IMG/VR virus record: IMGVR_UViG_3300037439_000116
Coordinates: 4,562-68,561 of that record
DNA from: a virus
Lineage: Duplodnaviria; Caudoviricetes
Strand: one strand, 5' to 3'
DNA: 64,000 nucleotides
The position numbers and the translations under genes are program-made. Below the pieces are notes generated by a model. The model was not told where the DNA came from, made no database searches, and saw only the letters and a list, made by a program, of their open reading frames with translations. The stretch's first letter is position 1. Each line of letters begins with the position of its first letter. Of the stretch, positions 9,471 through 18,449 are shown one piece after another.

Positions 9471-9705
9471 CAACCAGGACGACGTGATGGCGCGGGGGGC
9501 GGCCGAGAGGGCGGTGGCCGACTTCCTCGACGTCGAGCCCAACGAGGAGATCGGAGAAAGCGCGGCTACACCGTCGGTGCTGGTTTCCCAGATCGCCGAG
9601 ACGGTGGAGTTCGAGAAGGCCACCTTCAAGGGCGGCGGGCGGGAGATCGGGATGCGCCGGGTCGTCATCACCGGGGCGTGGGAAGTCGACCCCGGCCAGA
9701 GCTGA
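9454..9705 (+). CDS. hypothetical protein
   Basis: 83-aa ORF with GGAG RBS. Confidence 0.6.
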   Translation: MARVRDNQDDVMARGAAERAVADFLDVEPNEEIGESAATPSVLVSQIAETVEFEKATFKGGGREIGMRRVVITGAWEVDPGQS

Positions 9706-9765
9706 GCGATTGAGGGCGGCGGGGTCTGCGGGCCTCGCCGCCCGGCACACCGAGAGGAGACGAGC

Positions 9766-10356
9766 ATGAGCACGCAGACCAGGCCGCGGGTGTCCACCAA
9801 GCGCAAGCCACAGGAAGACCCCGCATGCGCCGCCGAGCGGCACGGCACCTACCGGGCGTACGTGCTCGGGTGCGTGTGCCCGTCAGCCCAGGCGGCACGG
9901 GTGCGGCACGACGAGATGCGGAGCACGCCGGAGCGGCGGGAGCGGGACCGGCGCACGGCGCAGGAGTACGACGAACGCGAGGCGTGGGTCCTGCGGGTCA
10001 CCGGCGGCCGGTTGCGGCTGGACCCGCGCATCCGGTGGCGGGGCAAGACCCACGCCGTGGACCGGTTCAACGTCGACGCCATGGTCAACGGCTACGACGT
10101 GCCGAGCACGCTGGGGGAGAAGATCGCGGCCATCGCCCGGCTGGAGGGGCGCATCGTCAGCGCCAGCGCGTACAGCTGGCGCCGGATCGGAGGGCTGGAG
10201 ATCGCGGCCAAGCTGCACCTGAGCGACGACCGGGAGGTCTACCGGGTTCGGCAGAACCGCAAGAAGCTCGCGGCTGAGCGAACCCAGCGGCGGCTGGCCG
10301 ACTCGATCTGGCGCGCTGCCATCGTGGCCGCGGCCCAGGACAAGCGTCGTGGCTAG
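9766..10356 (+). CDS. hypothetical basic protein, possible metal-binding HGTxxxYxxGCxC motif
   Basis: GAGGAG RBS; HGTYRAYVLGCVC motif; Arg-rich. Confidence 0.7.
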   Translation: MSTQTRPRVSTKRKPQEDPACAAERHGTYRAYVLGCVCPSAQAARVRHDEMRSTPERRERDRRTAQEYDEREAWVLRVTGGRLRLDPRIRWRGKTHAVDRFNVDAMVNGYDVPSTLGEKIAAIARLEGRIVSASAYSWRRIGGLEIAAKLHLSDDREVYRVRQNRKKLAAERTQRRLADSIWRAAIVAAAQDKRRG

Positions 10357-10714
10357 GCCGTACGACGACGACCCGTGGGTCAAGGCGCTGAGCGGTCCGT
10401 GGACCGAGCGGATCGAGCGAGGGCAGAAGCCGTGCCACTACTGCCGCGAGCCTGCCGCCATGAAAGAACCCACGAGCGGACGGCCGGCGCACAAGGCGTG
10501 CGCGGAGCGGGACACCGACAGCGTTCCGCTCGGGACGTGGGACGGCGAGGACCGCAAGCCGGTCAAGGACGGGCCGCTCGGGTGCGGCACGCAGGGCGAT
10601 GAGATCTTCCGCGGGCGGCTTCCGCGGGCGGCTCTGCGGCGAGGTGGGCACGCAACTGTCGTGCAAGCTCTGCCCACGGTCGCCGACGTACGACGGACCG
10701 TTCGAGTGACCTGA
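10349..10714 (+). CDS. hypothetical zinc-finger-like protein
   Basis: CHYC...HKAC motif; overlaps upstream stop. Confidence 0.55.
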   Translation: MARPYDDDPWVKALSGPWTERIERGQKPCHYCREPAAMKEPTSGRPAHKACAERDTDSVPLGTWDGEDRKPVKDGPLGCGTQGDEIFRGRLPRAALRRGGHATVVQALPTVADVRRTVRVT

Positions 10715-10735
10715 GCCACCAGCAGGCATAGGGTC

Positions 10736-10773
10736 AAAGACCCCGCATCCATCAGGGTGCGGGGTCTCTTCTT
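10736..10773 (+). terminator. intrinsic terminator
   Basis: AGACCCCGCATCC-ATCA-GGGTGCGGGGTCT hairpin followed by CTTCTT. Confidence 0.7.
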
Positions 10774-10830
10774 GGCGGAGATGATGTAGGATGAAGGTCA
10801 ATCTATTACCTCGCCTGATCAGGAGAGACT

Positions 10831-11043
10831 ATGACCATGACCACCGAGGAGCGCTCGCGTCGCGCCTCGCGTGCCCGATCGCTGAACGCTCGGCGCCGCC
10901 GGTTTCAGCGGGCGTTGCAGGAGATGCGGGAGAGCGGACTCGTCGTGCTCGTGCTCGTGGAAGATCCGGAGATCCCGGATTCCATGCTCGCTGCGGCCGA
11001 GTACACCCCCGAGGAGACGCACGCCGCTGTCTACGGCAAGTGA
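10831..11043 (+). CDS. hypothetical protein
   Basis: AGGAGAG RBS, 70 aa. Confidence 0.65.
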   Translation: MTMTTEERSRRASRARSLNARRRRFQRALQEMRESGLVVLVLVEDPEIPDSMLAAAEYTPEETHAAVYGK

Positions 11044-11112
11044 GAGACGGCGAAGGCCCGCCGGGTAGGGCGGGCCATCTGGTCACCGGAACACAAGCAA
11101 CAGGAGATTGTC

Positions 11113-11568
11113 GTGACTGATTCTAGTACAAACGCCACCTTGCGCGCTGCCGAGGCGCTCGGGGATCCGGATCGGCTGTTCGACCTCGCGCAGGTCCGGT
11201 TCTTCATGGCCGCGGCCGAGGCGTACGGGTACGAGCGACGCCGGCGGGAGGAGCGCACGCCGAGCCGGCTCAGCTACCTCGCGGGGTTCGAGACCGGCTA
11301 CCGGCAGCGGGTCACCGAGGAGAACGCGGCCTACCCGCCCGAGCCGATGCGGCTGGTCACCACGCACGCGCAGGACGCGGTGCGGGTGCACCGGGAGCGG
11401 GTCGGTGTCGACGTCGTGGCGCCGCGGGAGGGCGACTGGCCGGGGGGCGACGCCGACACGGCGATGGCCCGCTACGGATGGGATGCCGACCGAGATGAGT
11501 CCGAGCCGCTGAAGGTCTCCGTCCGCACGCGCACCGAGCGCGGCCGGCTCGTGTGGGCCGACCAGTGA
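11113..11568 (+). CDS. hypothetical protein
   Basis: AGGAG RBS then GTG; GTGA coupling to methyltransferase. Confidence 0.7.
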   Translation: MTDSSTNATLRAAEALGDPDRLFDLAQVRFFMAAAEAYGYERRRREERTPSRLSYLAGFETGYRQRVTEENAAYPPEPMRLVTTHAQDAVRVHRERVGVDVVAPREGDWPGGDADTAMARYGWDADRDESEPLKVSVRTRTERGRLVWADQ

Positions 11569-13538
11569 CCGCGCCTGGGCCTGCGTGCGCCTGCTCAGGT
11601 GCTGAGACGACGCTGGTCAGCCTGTTCGACGGGATCGGCGGCTTCCCGCTCGCCTTCTCCTCGGCCGGCGTGCGGACCGTGGCCACGGTCGAGATCGACA
11701 AGGCAGCGGCCGGCGTGGCCGCGCTGCACTTCCCCCAAGCCCACCACTTCGCCGACGTCACGGAGGTGACCGCGGATGACATCCTCGCCGCCGGATTCTG
11801 CCCTGCCCATGGAGTTCTCACTGCCGGATGGCCCTGCCAGGGCAATTCGGTAGCAGGAAAACGAGGCGGCATGGCCGATCCTCGTTCGGGCCTCTGGCGT
11901 GATGTGGTCCGATTGCTGGGCGACGTGCGGCCGGCATGGTTTGTCGGCGAGAACGTTCCCGGGCTGCTGACCGTCAATAAAGGCGACGACATGCACGTCG
12001 TCATGTCGGACCTTGAATCGCTGGGTTACTTGGTAGAATTCGGCATTCATGATGCCCAGTTTTTTGGAGTACCCCAGCGACGCCGAAGGCTGGTTTTCAC
12101 GTGCCGAAACCTGGACCGTTTACTCGCGCAGAAGACGATTTCATCCGCGCTCACCTTGGCTCAATGCCTCACCGAGACATCGCTGATGATATTTCTCGTT
12201 CAGTCTCGGGGGTACGGAAAAGGGTCTGCGCCTTGGGTCTCTCTCGAAGCCTGCGTCGATGGACTCCAGCGGAGGATGACGCAATTCGCGATGCTGCGCG
12301 AGGCGGCGAGCGACTGGTCGACCTGGCTCAGCGTCTTGACCGGGGACTCAGTGAAGCGAGCGCTCGCGTCCGGCATCTCGGACTCGCCCCATGGCGACAG
12401 CATCGGCCGCGCCCTCGTCTCACCAAAGGCGGGCACGTCATCGCCGGATACGACCGCGAGCGAAACCGGTACTTACTTGAGCACCGAGTCGTCATGGCGG
12501 GAGCTACTGGCCGAGCTCTTCGAGATGGCGAAGTCGTCCATCACATCTCCACCGACAAGCTGGACAACCGGATCGAGAACCTTCACCTCTGCGCGGATGC
12601 TGCTGAGCATCAGCGCATACACCGCAGCCTTGACGCTCTCGTGCCCGAGCTTCTCGCGGCCCGCATCATCCGCTTCAACCGCGATCGGAGTGCTTACGAG
12701 TTATGCCAGATCCACAGGTGACAGCCTTCTTGCGGGAATGGACGGGTTCAACGACATCGTGGGACTCGACGCCGCCGCCAATGATCTCAGCGTCGCTCTC
12801 GGACATCTTGGAGACAGCGCCGGACCTGCCGAGGTACTGCTTGAGCCCGCGCGCGGCGGCGGGCATCCTGCGGCGAGCGGCGCGAAGCGAACGGGTACTC
12901 CCGGTAGTGCTTCAAGCAGCGTTGGAGTCGCTGGCAAAGGACTGCCAGAGCTAGCCCCGACCCTCCAGGGCGGCGGAAAGCGTGGCTTCCGAGTGGATGC
13001 TGAAACGGCCGCCGGCGGCGGTCTGATCACAGCACCGCAGGTGGTCAACGCGTTGACCCACAACAGCATCGTGGGGCTGGACGACAACACCGCTGAGGGT
13101 GCCGACGCCAGCGAGGATGAGACCGGGCGTGGCACGTCACTGGTCGCGTTCGGACTGCGCGCCAATCCCGGCGGGGTGGGGCAGGGGCACAACACCAACT
13201 ACGTCCCCGTTGCGTTCGGGCACAGGCAGGGACTCGACCCCCAGGCATCCGAGGACGTCACGCCGACCCTGCGCACCGGCGGTGGCGGGGCAGGGGTCTC
13301 GGTCGCTGCCGCAGTGCGGCGGCTGACGCCAGTCGAGTGCGAGCGGCTCCAAGGCTTCCCGGACGGGTGGACAGCGAAGCGGGCCGAACTCGTACTGTCG
13401 GGCAACCGGTGGACCGCGTCCGGCGTGGTCTCGGCGGCGTCGGACTCGGCGCGGTACCGGCAGCTCGGCAACTCGATCGCCGTGCCGGTGTTCGCGTGGG
13501 TCGCCCAGCGGATGGGGGGCGTCCGTGGTGATGCCTGA
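11565..13538 (+). CDS. dcm: C5-cytosine DNA methyltransferase with very long variable region
   Basis: Motif I LFDGIGGF, IV GWPCQGNS, VI ENVPG, VIII PQRRRRLVF, IX RRLTPVECERLQGFP, X RQLGNSIAVPV. Confidence 0.9.
   Translation: MTAPGPACACSGAETTLVSLFDGIGGFPLAFSSAGVRTVATVEIDKAAAGVAALHFPQAHHFADVTEVTADDILAAGFCPAHGVLTAGWPCQGNSVAGKRGGMADPRSGLWRDVVRLLGDVRPAWFVGENVPGLLTVNKGDDMHVVMSDLESLGYLVEFGIHDAQFFGVPQRRRRLVFTCRNLDRLLAQKTISSALTLAQCLTETSLMIFLVQSRGYGKGSAPWVSLEACVDGLQRRMTQFAMLREAASDWSTWLSVLTGDSVKRALASGISDSPHGDSIGRALVSPKAGTSSPDTTASETGTYLSTESSWRELLAELFEMAKSSITSPPTSWTTGSRTFTSARMLLSISAYTAALTLSCPSFSRPASSASTAIGVLTSYARSTGDSLLAGMDGFNDIVGLDAAANDLSVALGHLGDSAGPAEVLLEPARGGGHPAASGAKRTGTPGSASSSVGVAGKGLPELAPTLQGGGKRGFRVDAETAAGGGLITAPQVVNALTHNSIVGLDDNTAEGADASEDETGRGTSLVAFGLRANPGGVGQGHNTNYVPVAFGHRQGLDPQASEDVTPTLRTGGGGAGVSVAAAVRRLTPVECERLQGFPDGWTAKRAELVLSGNRWTASGVVSAASDSARYRQLGNSIAVPVFAWVAQRMGGVRGDA
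12101..12721 (+). CDS. HNH homing endonuclease with N-terminal Myb/HTH-like repeats, nested in the methyltransferase in another frame
   Basis: EHRVVM...EVVHHISTDKLDNRIENLHLC...HQRIH; repeats FTRAEDDFIR and WTPAEDDAIR. Confidence 0.85.
   Translation: MPKPGPFTRAEDDFIRAHLGSMPHRDIADDISRSVSGVRKRVCALGLSRSLRRWTPAEDDAIRDAARGGERLVDLAQRLDRGLSEASARVRHLGLAPWRQHRPRPRLTKGGHVIAGYDRERNRYLLEHRVVMAGATGRALRDGEVVHHISTDKLDNRIENLHLCADAAEHQRIHRSLDALVPELLAARIIRFNRDRSAYELCQIHR
12703..12954 (+). CDS. small protein nested in the methyltransferase in the third frame (possible accessory/beta polypeptide)
   Basis: SLSDILE..PRYCLSPRAAAGILRRA..LP..LQAALE, a motif I recognise from ORFs overlapping C5 MTase genes; start coupled to HNH stop. 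Confidence 0.6.
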   Translation: MPDPQVTAFLREWTGSTTSWDSTPPPMISASLSDILETAPDLPRYCLSPRAAAGILRRAARSERVLPVVLQAALESLAKDCQS

Positions 13539-15021
13539 GGACCACACCCCCGAGTTATGGGAAGCGGATCTCGACCCCGACGGAAACGTGCTGGATCAGG
13601 ACGAGGTCTACGGCGAGGATGTCGCGCCACATGTCACGGAGGAGGATGTCGCCGGCGCGGCGCCGGAGGACGCCATCGCTGCGCGGTACCGGCTACCCGA
13701 GGAGTTCTGGGGTGCGCGGGAGATGTTCAAGGCGATCCGGCAGGCGGCATGGGCCTCACAGACCCACCCGGACGCGGTGCTGGCGTGCGTGCTCACCCGC
13801 GCCTCGGGGGCGGTCGGGCACCAGGTGCTCTTCGACTCGGGCAAGGGCTCGCCGGGCACGCTGTCGCTGTTCGCCTGCCTGCTCGCTCCCTCGGGCATCG
13901 GCAAGAGTGAGGCCTATGGGGCGTCGACCACGCTGGTCCGGCTGCCGTCGCACCTGACCGACGAGTCCGGCTACGCGAATCAGGACATCTTCCGCGATGG
14001 CCTCGGCATCGGCACCGGCGAGGGGCTGGCCGAGGCGTACATGGGCGCGGTCGAACGCGAGACCGGCAAGCTGGTGGCCAAGGGCCGCGGCAAGCAGATG
14101 GAGCCCGAAATGGTCAAGGTGCGCGCTGTCGTGCGGCACCGGGCGTTCTTCTTCGTCGACGAGGGCGAGACGCTGACCAAGCTGATGAAGGAGCGGCAGG
14201 GCTCCACGCTCGGGCCGACCCTGCGGACCGCATGGTCCGGCGGCACGCTCGGGCAGGCCAACGCCTCGGAGGACCGGTTCCGCTTCGTGCCGGCCCGCTC
14301 GTACTCCATGGGCATCGCCATCGGCTACCAGCCCGAGACCGCGGTGGCCATGCTGTCCGACGTCGGGCCCGGCACGCCGCAGCGGTTCCTGTGGTTCGGC
14401 GCCCAGGACACCGAGATGCCGGCCGAGATGCACGAGTGGCCTGAGCACTTGACCCTGCCGCCGGAGGGCATGGGCGACGGCATCATCCGGTTCCCGATCG
14501 AGATCAAGCGGTGGCTGCGCGCGCAGACCCGGGGCAAGCACCGCGGCGAGATCGAGATCGACCCGATGGACTCGCACGAGCCGCTGATGCGCTGCAAGCT
14601 GGCCGCGCTGCTCTGCTACCTGGACGGCCGGTGGGACGTCTCGCGCGATGACTGGATTCTCGGCGGCATGATCTGGTCCGTCTCCTGCGCGATCCGCGAC
14701 CGGCTGATCCGGCACCGGGACACTGAGGCCCAGCGCCGGGCCGAGAAGATCCGCGAAGAGCGGCTCTCCGAGGCGGAGGCTGTGGAGATCCTCAAGGTCA
14801 CCGTCTCGGCCGACGTGGAGCGGGTGGCTCGCAACCTGCCGGGCATCTCGGACCGCATGATTGAGCGCGGCGACCGGCCCAAGCGCTACCTGATCAAGAA
14901 GAACATCGGGCGCGACAAGGGGATCTTCGACGCTGCCGTCAGTCACGCTGTGCAACGGGGCTGGCTGTACGAGCGGGACGGCGAACTGCTGGCCGGATTT
15001 GAGGAGCCACCGTCTAGATGA
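13531..15021 (+). CDS. DUF3987/YfjI-like P-loop ATPase, probable replication helicase/initiator
   Basis: LLAPSGIGKS Walker A, FFVDEGE Walker B, GSTLGPTLRTAWSG, QRFLW; followed by AT-rich non-coding region. Confidence 0.7.
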   Translation: MPEDHTPELWEADLDPDGNVLDQDEVYGEDVAPHVTEEDVAGAAPEDAIAARYRLPEEFWGAREMFKAIRQAAWASQTHPDAVLACVLTRASGAVGHQVLFDSGKGSPGTLSLFACLLAPSGIGKSEAYGASTTLVRLPSHLTDESGYANQDIFRDGLGIGTGEGLAEAYMGAVERETGKLVAKGRGKQMEPEMVKVRAVVRHRAFFFVDEGETLTKLMKERQGSTLGPTLRTAWSGGTLGQANASEDRFRFVPARSYSMGIAIGYQPETAVAMLSDVGPGTPQRFLWFGAQDTEMPAEMHEWPEHLTLPPEGMGDGIIRFPIEIKRWLRAQTRGKHRGEIEIDPMDSHEPLMRCKLAALLCYLDGRWDVSRDDWILGGMIWSVSCAIRDRLIRHRDTEAQRRAEKIREERLSEAEAVEILKVTVSADVERVARNLPGISDRMIERGDRPKRYLIKKNIGRDKGIFDAAVSHAVQRGWLYERDGELLAGFEEPPSR

Positions 15022-15031
15022 TCTCTAAACC

Positions 15032-15240
15032 GGAGGGGGACGCCAATGGGGGGACGTCCCCCCTCGGGTGTCTGTAGATGTGTTTTTAGTTAGGTTACCC
15101 TAACACATACGTGATTCCGCATAAGTTGCCTGAGCTGGGAATATAGATAAATATAAATATAAAGAAGTTTGACTCGCGGTAGGCGCGAGGTGTTGTGCGT
15201 CAGTCACTGAGGGGGGACGTCCCCCCGGGGGGACATACCC
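15032..15240. other. putative origin of replication
   Basis: Two perfect 16-bp palindromes GGGGGGACGTCCCCCC (15048-15063, 15211-15226) plus half sites (15035, 15227) flanking AT-rich ATATAGATAAATATAAATATAAAG (15141-15164). Confidence 0.65.
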
Positions 15241-15275
15241 CAGTAACAGAGGTTGAGGTCTGGTAAGCTGCACTT

Positions 15276-15713
15276 ATGACGACGACACGCGAGAAGGTCG
15301 CGCCGTGGGAGCGATACACCGACGGTGACTGGCACACGGTCCGTACGGGACCGGCCGACGAGATCAAGGCCGAGAGCCTGAGGCAGTACCGCCGGCACTA
15401 CGAATCGATGAGGGCTTGGTGCGCGATCAACCGGATGCGCGGGCAGCTGTCCCGGACGGACTCCGGCCGCGTGCTGCGAGTGCGCCTCCGGCCGGACGAG
15501 CGACAGATCGACCGGGACCGGATCGCGGGGTCGCTCCGGGGTCGCGGCAGGACGGAACTGGGCGTGACGCTGATCGAGGCCACCCAGATCATCCAGTACG
15601 CCAGGCACCTCCGGCAGTACGGCGAGAACGGTCCGGGCGAGACGGCCAGCTGGCGCGAGTTCGACGCGCGCAGCGAACGCTTTATCCGGAGCCTCGGGAG
15701 GATCGCGCGATGA
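15276..15713 (+). CDS. hypothetical protein
   Basis: 145-aa ORF after origin candidate, ATGA coupling. Confidence 0.65.
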   Translation: MTTTREKVAPWERYTDGDWHTVRTGPADEIKAESLRQYRRHYESMRAWCAINRMRGQLSRTDSGRVLRVRLRPDERQIDRDRIAGSLRGRGRTELGVTLIEATQIIQYARHLRQYGENGPGETASWREFDARSERFIRSLGRIAR

Positions 15714-16360
15714 GCACGGATGAGCAACGGGTACGGACGATGTGCGGGTGGATCGGGGTGGAGATCTCGCGGTCGCGGGTGCGGACGCCGGGCAGGGCGG
15801 GGTACGGGCTGTACCGGGTGCGGGGGTCTGCGCTGCAGCGGGTGCCCGGTTTGCTGGCCATGCGAGAGCCGGTACCGACCGAGTGGACGGCGTATGCGTT
15901 CACGCTGCGGGCGATCGAGCAGGCGTGCATGGCAGCGATCGAGTGCGGGCGGCCAAGCGGGCCGGCGCCGATGCGGGTGGCCGGGACGATGGACGGCGGG
16001 CCGGTCGCCTCGCGGGTGTTGACGCGGTGGACGCCGGCGTACCGGGGGCTGCGGGATCTCGGGGCTCGGGGAGCTGCGGGGCTGTGCGGGCGACCGCGGC
16101 GGCACGAGGACGGATGTCTGTGTCTGGCCGACCGGCGGGCGCGCTGGCTGCCGGATGAGGAGCCTGAGGCCGATGAGCGGGACGTTGTCGGTGAGGGTGT
16201 CCTGCGGTCGACGGTCCGGAGCCGGCAGCGTGCCGAGAACCGCGAGTTCCAGGCCGAGCACCTGAAGCGGCGGGAGCACGGGCTCAAGGCCCGGCACGCG
16301 GCGAAGCTGGCCCGGGGTGAAACCCAGCGACGCGAGACGGGCCCGCCAGCGCAAGCGTGA
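15710..16360 (+). CDS. hypothetical Arg-rich protein
   Basis: ATGA-coupled start. Confidence 0.6.
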   Translation: MSTDEQRVRTMCGWIGVEISRSRVRTPGRAGYGLYRVRGSALQRVPGLLAMREPVPTEWTAYAFTLRAIEQACMAAIECGRPSGPAPMRVAGTMDGGPVASRVLTRWTPAYRGLRDLGARGAAGLCGRPRRHEDGCLCLADRRARWLPDEEPEADERDVVGEGVLRSTVRSRQRAENREFQAEHLKRREHGLKARHAAKLARGETQRRETGPPAQA

Positions 16361-16445
16361 GCCGCTTTCACCCCCTCCTGAGTAGGGCGGCAAGGGTGAG
16401 CAAAAGATCTTGGCTGAGATTGGCCGCTAGCCGGTCGTCCTCGGG

Positions 16446-16474
16446 TGGCGTCAGTGGTAGGATGTGGGTACAGT
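16446..16474 (+). promoter_or_regulatory. promoter with GTGGGTACAGT box
   Basis: TAGGAT (16458) directly followed by GTGGGTACAGT (16464-16474), upstream of GAGGGG RBS and ATG 16501. Confidence 0.65.
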
Positions 16475-16500
16475 AAGCGAACCGAGAGAGAGGGGCAGCA

Positions 16501-16638
16501 ATGCCGAACGCCGAGCGAGTTTCGCCGGTCACCTTTTCGCACCACGTAGCCGTCCGGACCTTGAGCCTGTGCGCGGCCATCCGCCGCCCCGGCCGGTGCC
16601 GTCACGTGCGCATCGCCTTCTCGGAGGCCGCGCAGTGA
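16501..16638 (+). CDS. small hypothetical protein
   Basis: GAGGGG RBS; GTGA coupling to next gene; 45 aa. Confidence 0.5.
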   Translation: MPNAERVSPVTFSHHVAVRTLSLCAAIRRPGRCRHVRIAFSEAAQ

Positions 16639-17003
16639 CCCGCCCCGGACGCCCGCACGGCGTCGCCGGTGACCTTGTTCGCCTGGCCGCCGCGGTGGTC
16701 GGCTCGGCCGCTGCCGCGCAGGTGATCGGCCGTCACGTGGACGGCGAGCCTGACACGCGAGCTGAGCAGGCCGCGCAGGCGCAAGAGCACACGTGCGACT
16801 CGGCGTTCACGGACCCGGGACTGACCCGCGCGGGCGAGGGCTACGCGTGGGTCGTGGGCGCGAACGAGCGCAGGCTGATCATCAAGCGGATGGGGGACGG
16901 CGTCTACCTCGGCGGCTGTCTGATCAGCGACCGCGCCCTGCTGCGCGAACTGGCCGCCTACCTCGCCGCCGAGGCCGGGTTCCTGCCGGGCGGTGACACG
17001 TGA
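16635..17003 (+). CDS. hypothetical protein
   Basis: GGAGG RBS and GTGA coupling. Confidence 0.6.
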   Translation: MTRPGRPHGVAGDLVRLAAAVVGSAAAAQVIGRHVDGEPDTRAEQAAQAQEHTCDSAFTDPGLTRAGEGYAWVVGANERRLIIKRMGDGVYLGGCLISDRALLRELAAYLAAEAGFLPGGDT

Positions 17004-17239
17004 CGACGGCCGAGGCGCGCGAGGAGTTCGCCCGGCGGCTGGTCGTCGGCAGTTCGACCGATCTCGTGGTGCGGACGATCGTCGAGTTGATCGAGCTGGT
17101 CGAGGACTTCACCGACGAGGACGCCTGCCGGTTCGACCACAACGGCGACTGCCAGGCGCACGGCTGGTTCGAGACCGACCCGAAGTGCCCGCACGCGCGG
17201 GCCAAGGAGCTGCTGTCCGCGATGGGAGTGACGCCGTGA
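17000..17239 (+). CDS. hypothetical protein
   Basis: 79 aa, C-x-F-D-H-x-G-x-C-x-x-H motif, coupled. Confidence 0.65.
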   Translation: MTTAEAREEFARRLVVGSSTDLVVRTIVELIELVEDFTDEDACRFDHNGDCQAHGWFETDPKCPHARAKELLSAMGVTP

Positions 17240-17463
17240 TCAGCGACCACGCCAAGCGGGAGATCAAGCTGCTCACCCGCCTTTCCGAGGACACTGCGCT
17301 TCCGCCGCTCACCCGAGCCATGGCCCTGCTGATTGCCCACCAGCGCTTCGACGCTGGCCCCTGCCTCTGCGGCTGGTACGAGCTCGGCAAGCCCCATGCA
17401 GAGCATCAGGCACTGGAGCTTGAGCGTGCCGGCCTGCTCATCACCCAGGAGGAGAAGCCGTGA
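17236..17463 (+). CDS. hypothetical protein
   Basis: CLCGW...HAEH motif, coupled. Confidence 0.6.
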   Translation: MISDHAKREIKLLTRLSEDTALPPLTRAMALLIAHQRFDAGPCLCGWYELGKPHAEHQALELERAGLLITQEEKP

Positions 17464-18068
17464 CCGCCCGCCTGCACGTAGACCCGTCCCGCTCCGGCGA
17501 CGGCAACTCGACGATGGCGCCGGCCCGCGCCGAACCGCTGACCGTGGTCCGCGTCGACTACCCGTCAGCCTCGATGCTGGCGCCGCTGCGGGCGCTCTAC
17601 CGCGACGCGTTCACCGAGGTCAACGAGCTGGCCGTTCAGCGGCACATGCTGACCGAGGATGAACTGACCGACGTGCTCGACGACTGGCGGATCGGCAAGT
17701 ACGTGGCCCGCGACGGCGACGGGCTGGCCGGCTGGTCCGTGATGACCGACCGCCTGGAGGCGTGGCCGCTGGTCGCCCCCGAGTTCTTCGCCCGCGCCTA
17801 CCCGGGCCGGAAGGTGTTCTACGTCGGCTTCGTCGCCACCCGCAACCACGCGGCAGGTGCGTACGCCGCGCTGGTCGCCCGCATGTACGAGGACGTGATC
17901 GCGGCCGACGGCGTGTTCGCCATGGACTTCTGCGGCGCGAACGTGGACCGGCTGGACATTGCGCGCCGGGTGAACGTGCTGCTGCGCCGGCTCAACCCTG
18001 CGGCCCGGTTCGGGCTGGTGGATCGGCAGGAGTTCTACGTCGGTGACTTCCGGGAGGACGAGCCGTGA
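17460..18068 (+). CDS. GNAT-like acyltransferase-fold protein
   Basis: YRDAF...QRHML...IGKYVARD...LAGWSVMT...FYVGFVAT resembles actinobacterial GNAT-fold proteins. Confidence 0.5.
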   Translation: MTARLHVDPSRSGDGNSTMAPARAEPLTVVRVDYPSASMLAPLRALYRDAFTEVNELAVQRHMLTEDELTDVLDDWRIGKYVARDGDGLAGWSVMTDRLEAWPLVAPEFFARAYPGRKVFYVGFVATRNHAAGAYAALVARMYEDVIAADGVFAMDFCGANVDRLDIARRVNVLLRRLNPAARFGLVDRQEFYVGDFREDEP

Positions 18069-18174
18069 TCCACCGCTGCCACCACGCCCGGCTCGTGCTG
18101 TGGTCCGGTGCCGCCTGGCTCCATGTCGACCAACCGCATCTGTCCCGCTGCGACCAGCCGTGACCGGCCAGACG

Positions 18175-18306
18175 ATGACCCACCACGTCGTCATCCGCAA
18201 CGGCTCGTGGTGGACGTGCCGGCACTGCCCGCGGCGCTGGCCCTACCCGTCGCCGATCCCGAAGGACGCGGAGAAGTGCACGCCCAGAGAGTGGAGACAG
18301 GGATGA
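18175..18306 (+). CDS. small Cys/Trp-rich hypothetical protein
   Basis: WWTCRHC; ATGA coupling. Confidence 0.45.
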   Translation: MTHHVVIRNGSWWTCRHCPRRWPYPSPIPKDAEKCTPREWRQG

Positions 18307-18449
18307 CCCGCCGGACGTTCGCCCTGCTGTTCACCCTCGGCCTGACCGCAGCCTCGGTGGCTGGCATCGCGATCGGCCTGGCCGCTGCGGTGACCGCGGA
18401 CCGGATGCGCGGCATCTTCGGCGAGGTGCAGTGGGGCGAGGATGACTGA
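18303..18449 (+). CDS. small membrane protein
   Basis: single hydrophobic helix; coupled. Confidence 0.55.
   Translation: MTRRTFALLFTLGLTAASVAGIAIGLAAAVTADRMRGIFGEVQWGEDD

Noticed and set aside
12101-12954. Intein or group I intron explanation for the dcm insert
   Set aside because: No C/S/A start with HN end in the MTase frame, the endonuclease is in another frame, and I could not recognise group I core elements by eye; splicing is not excluded without RNA data.
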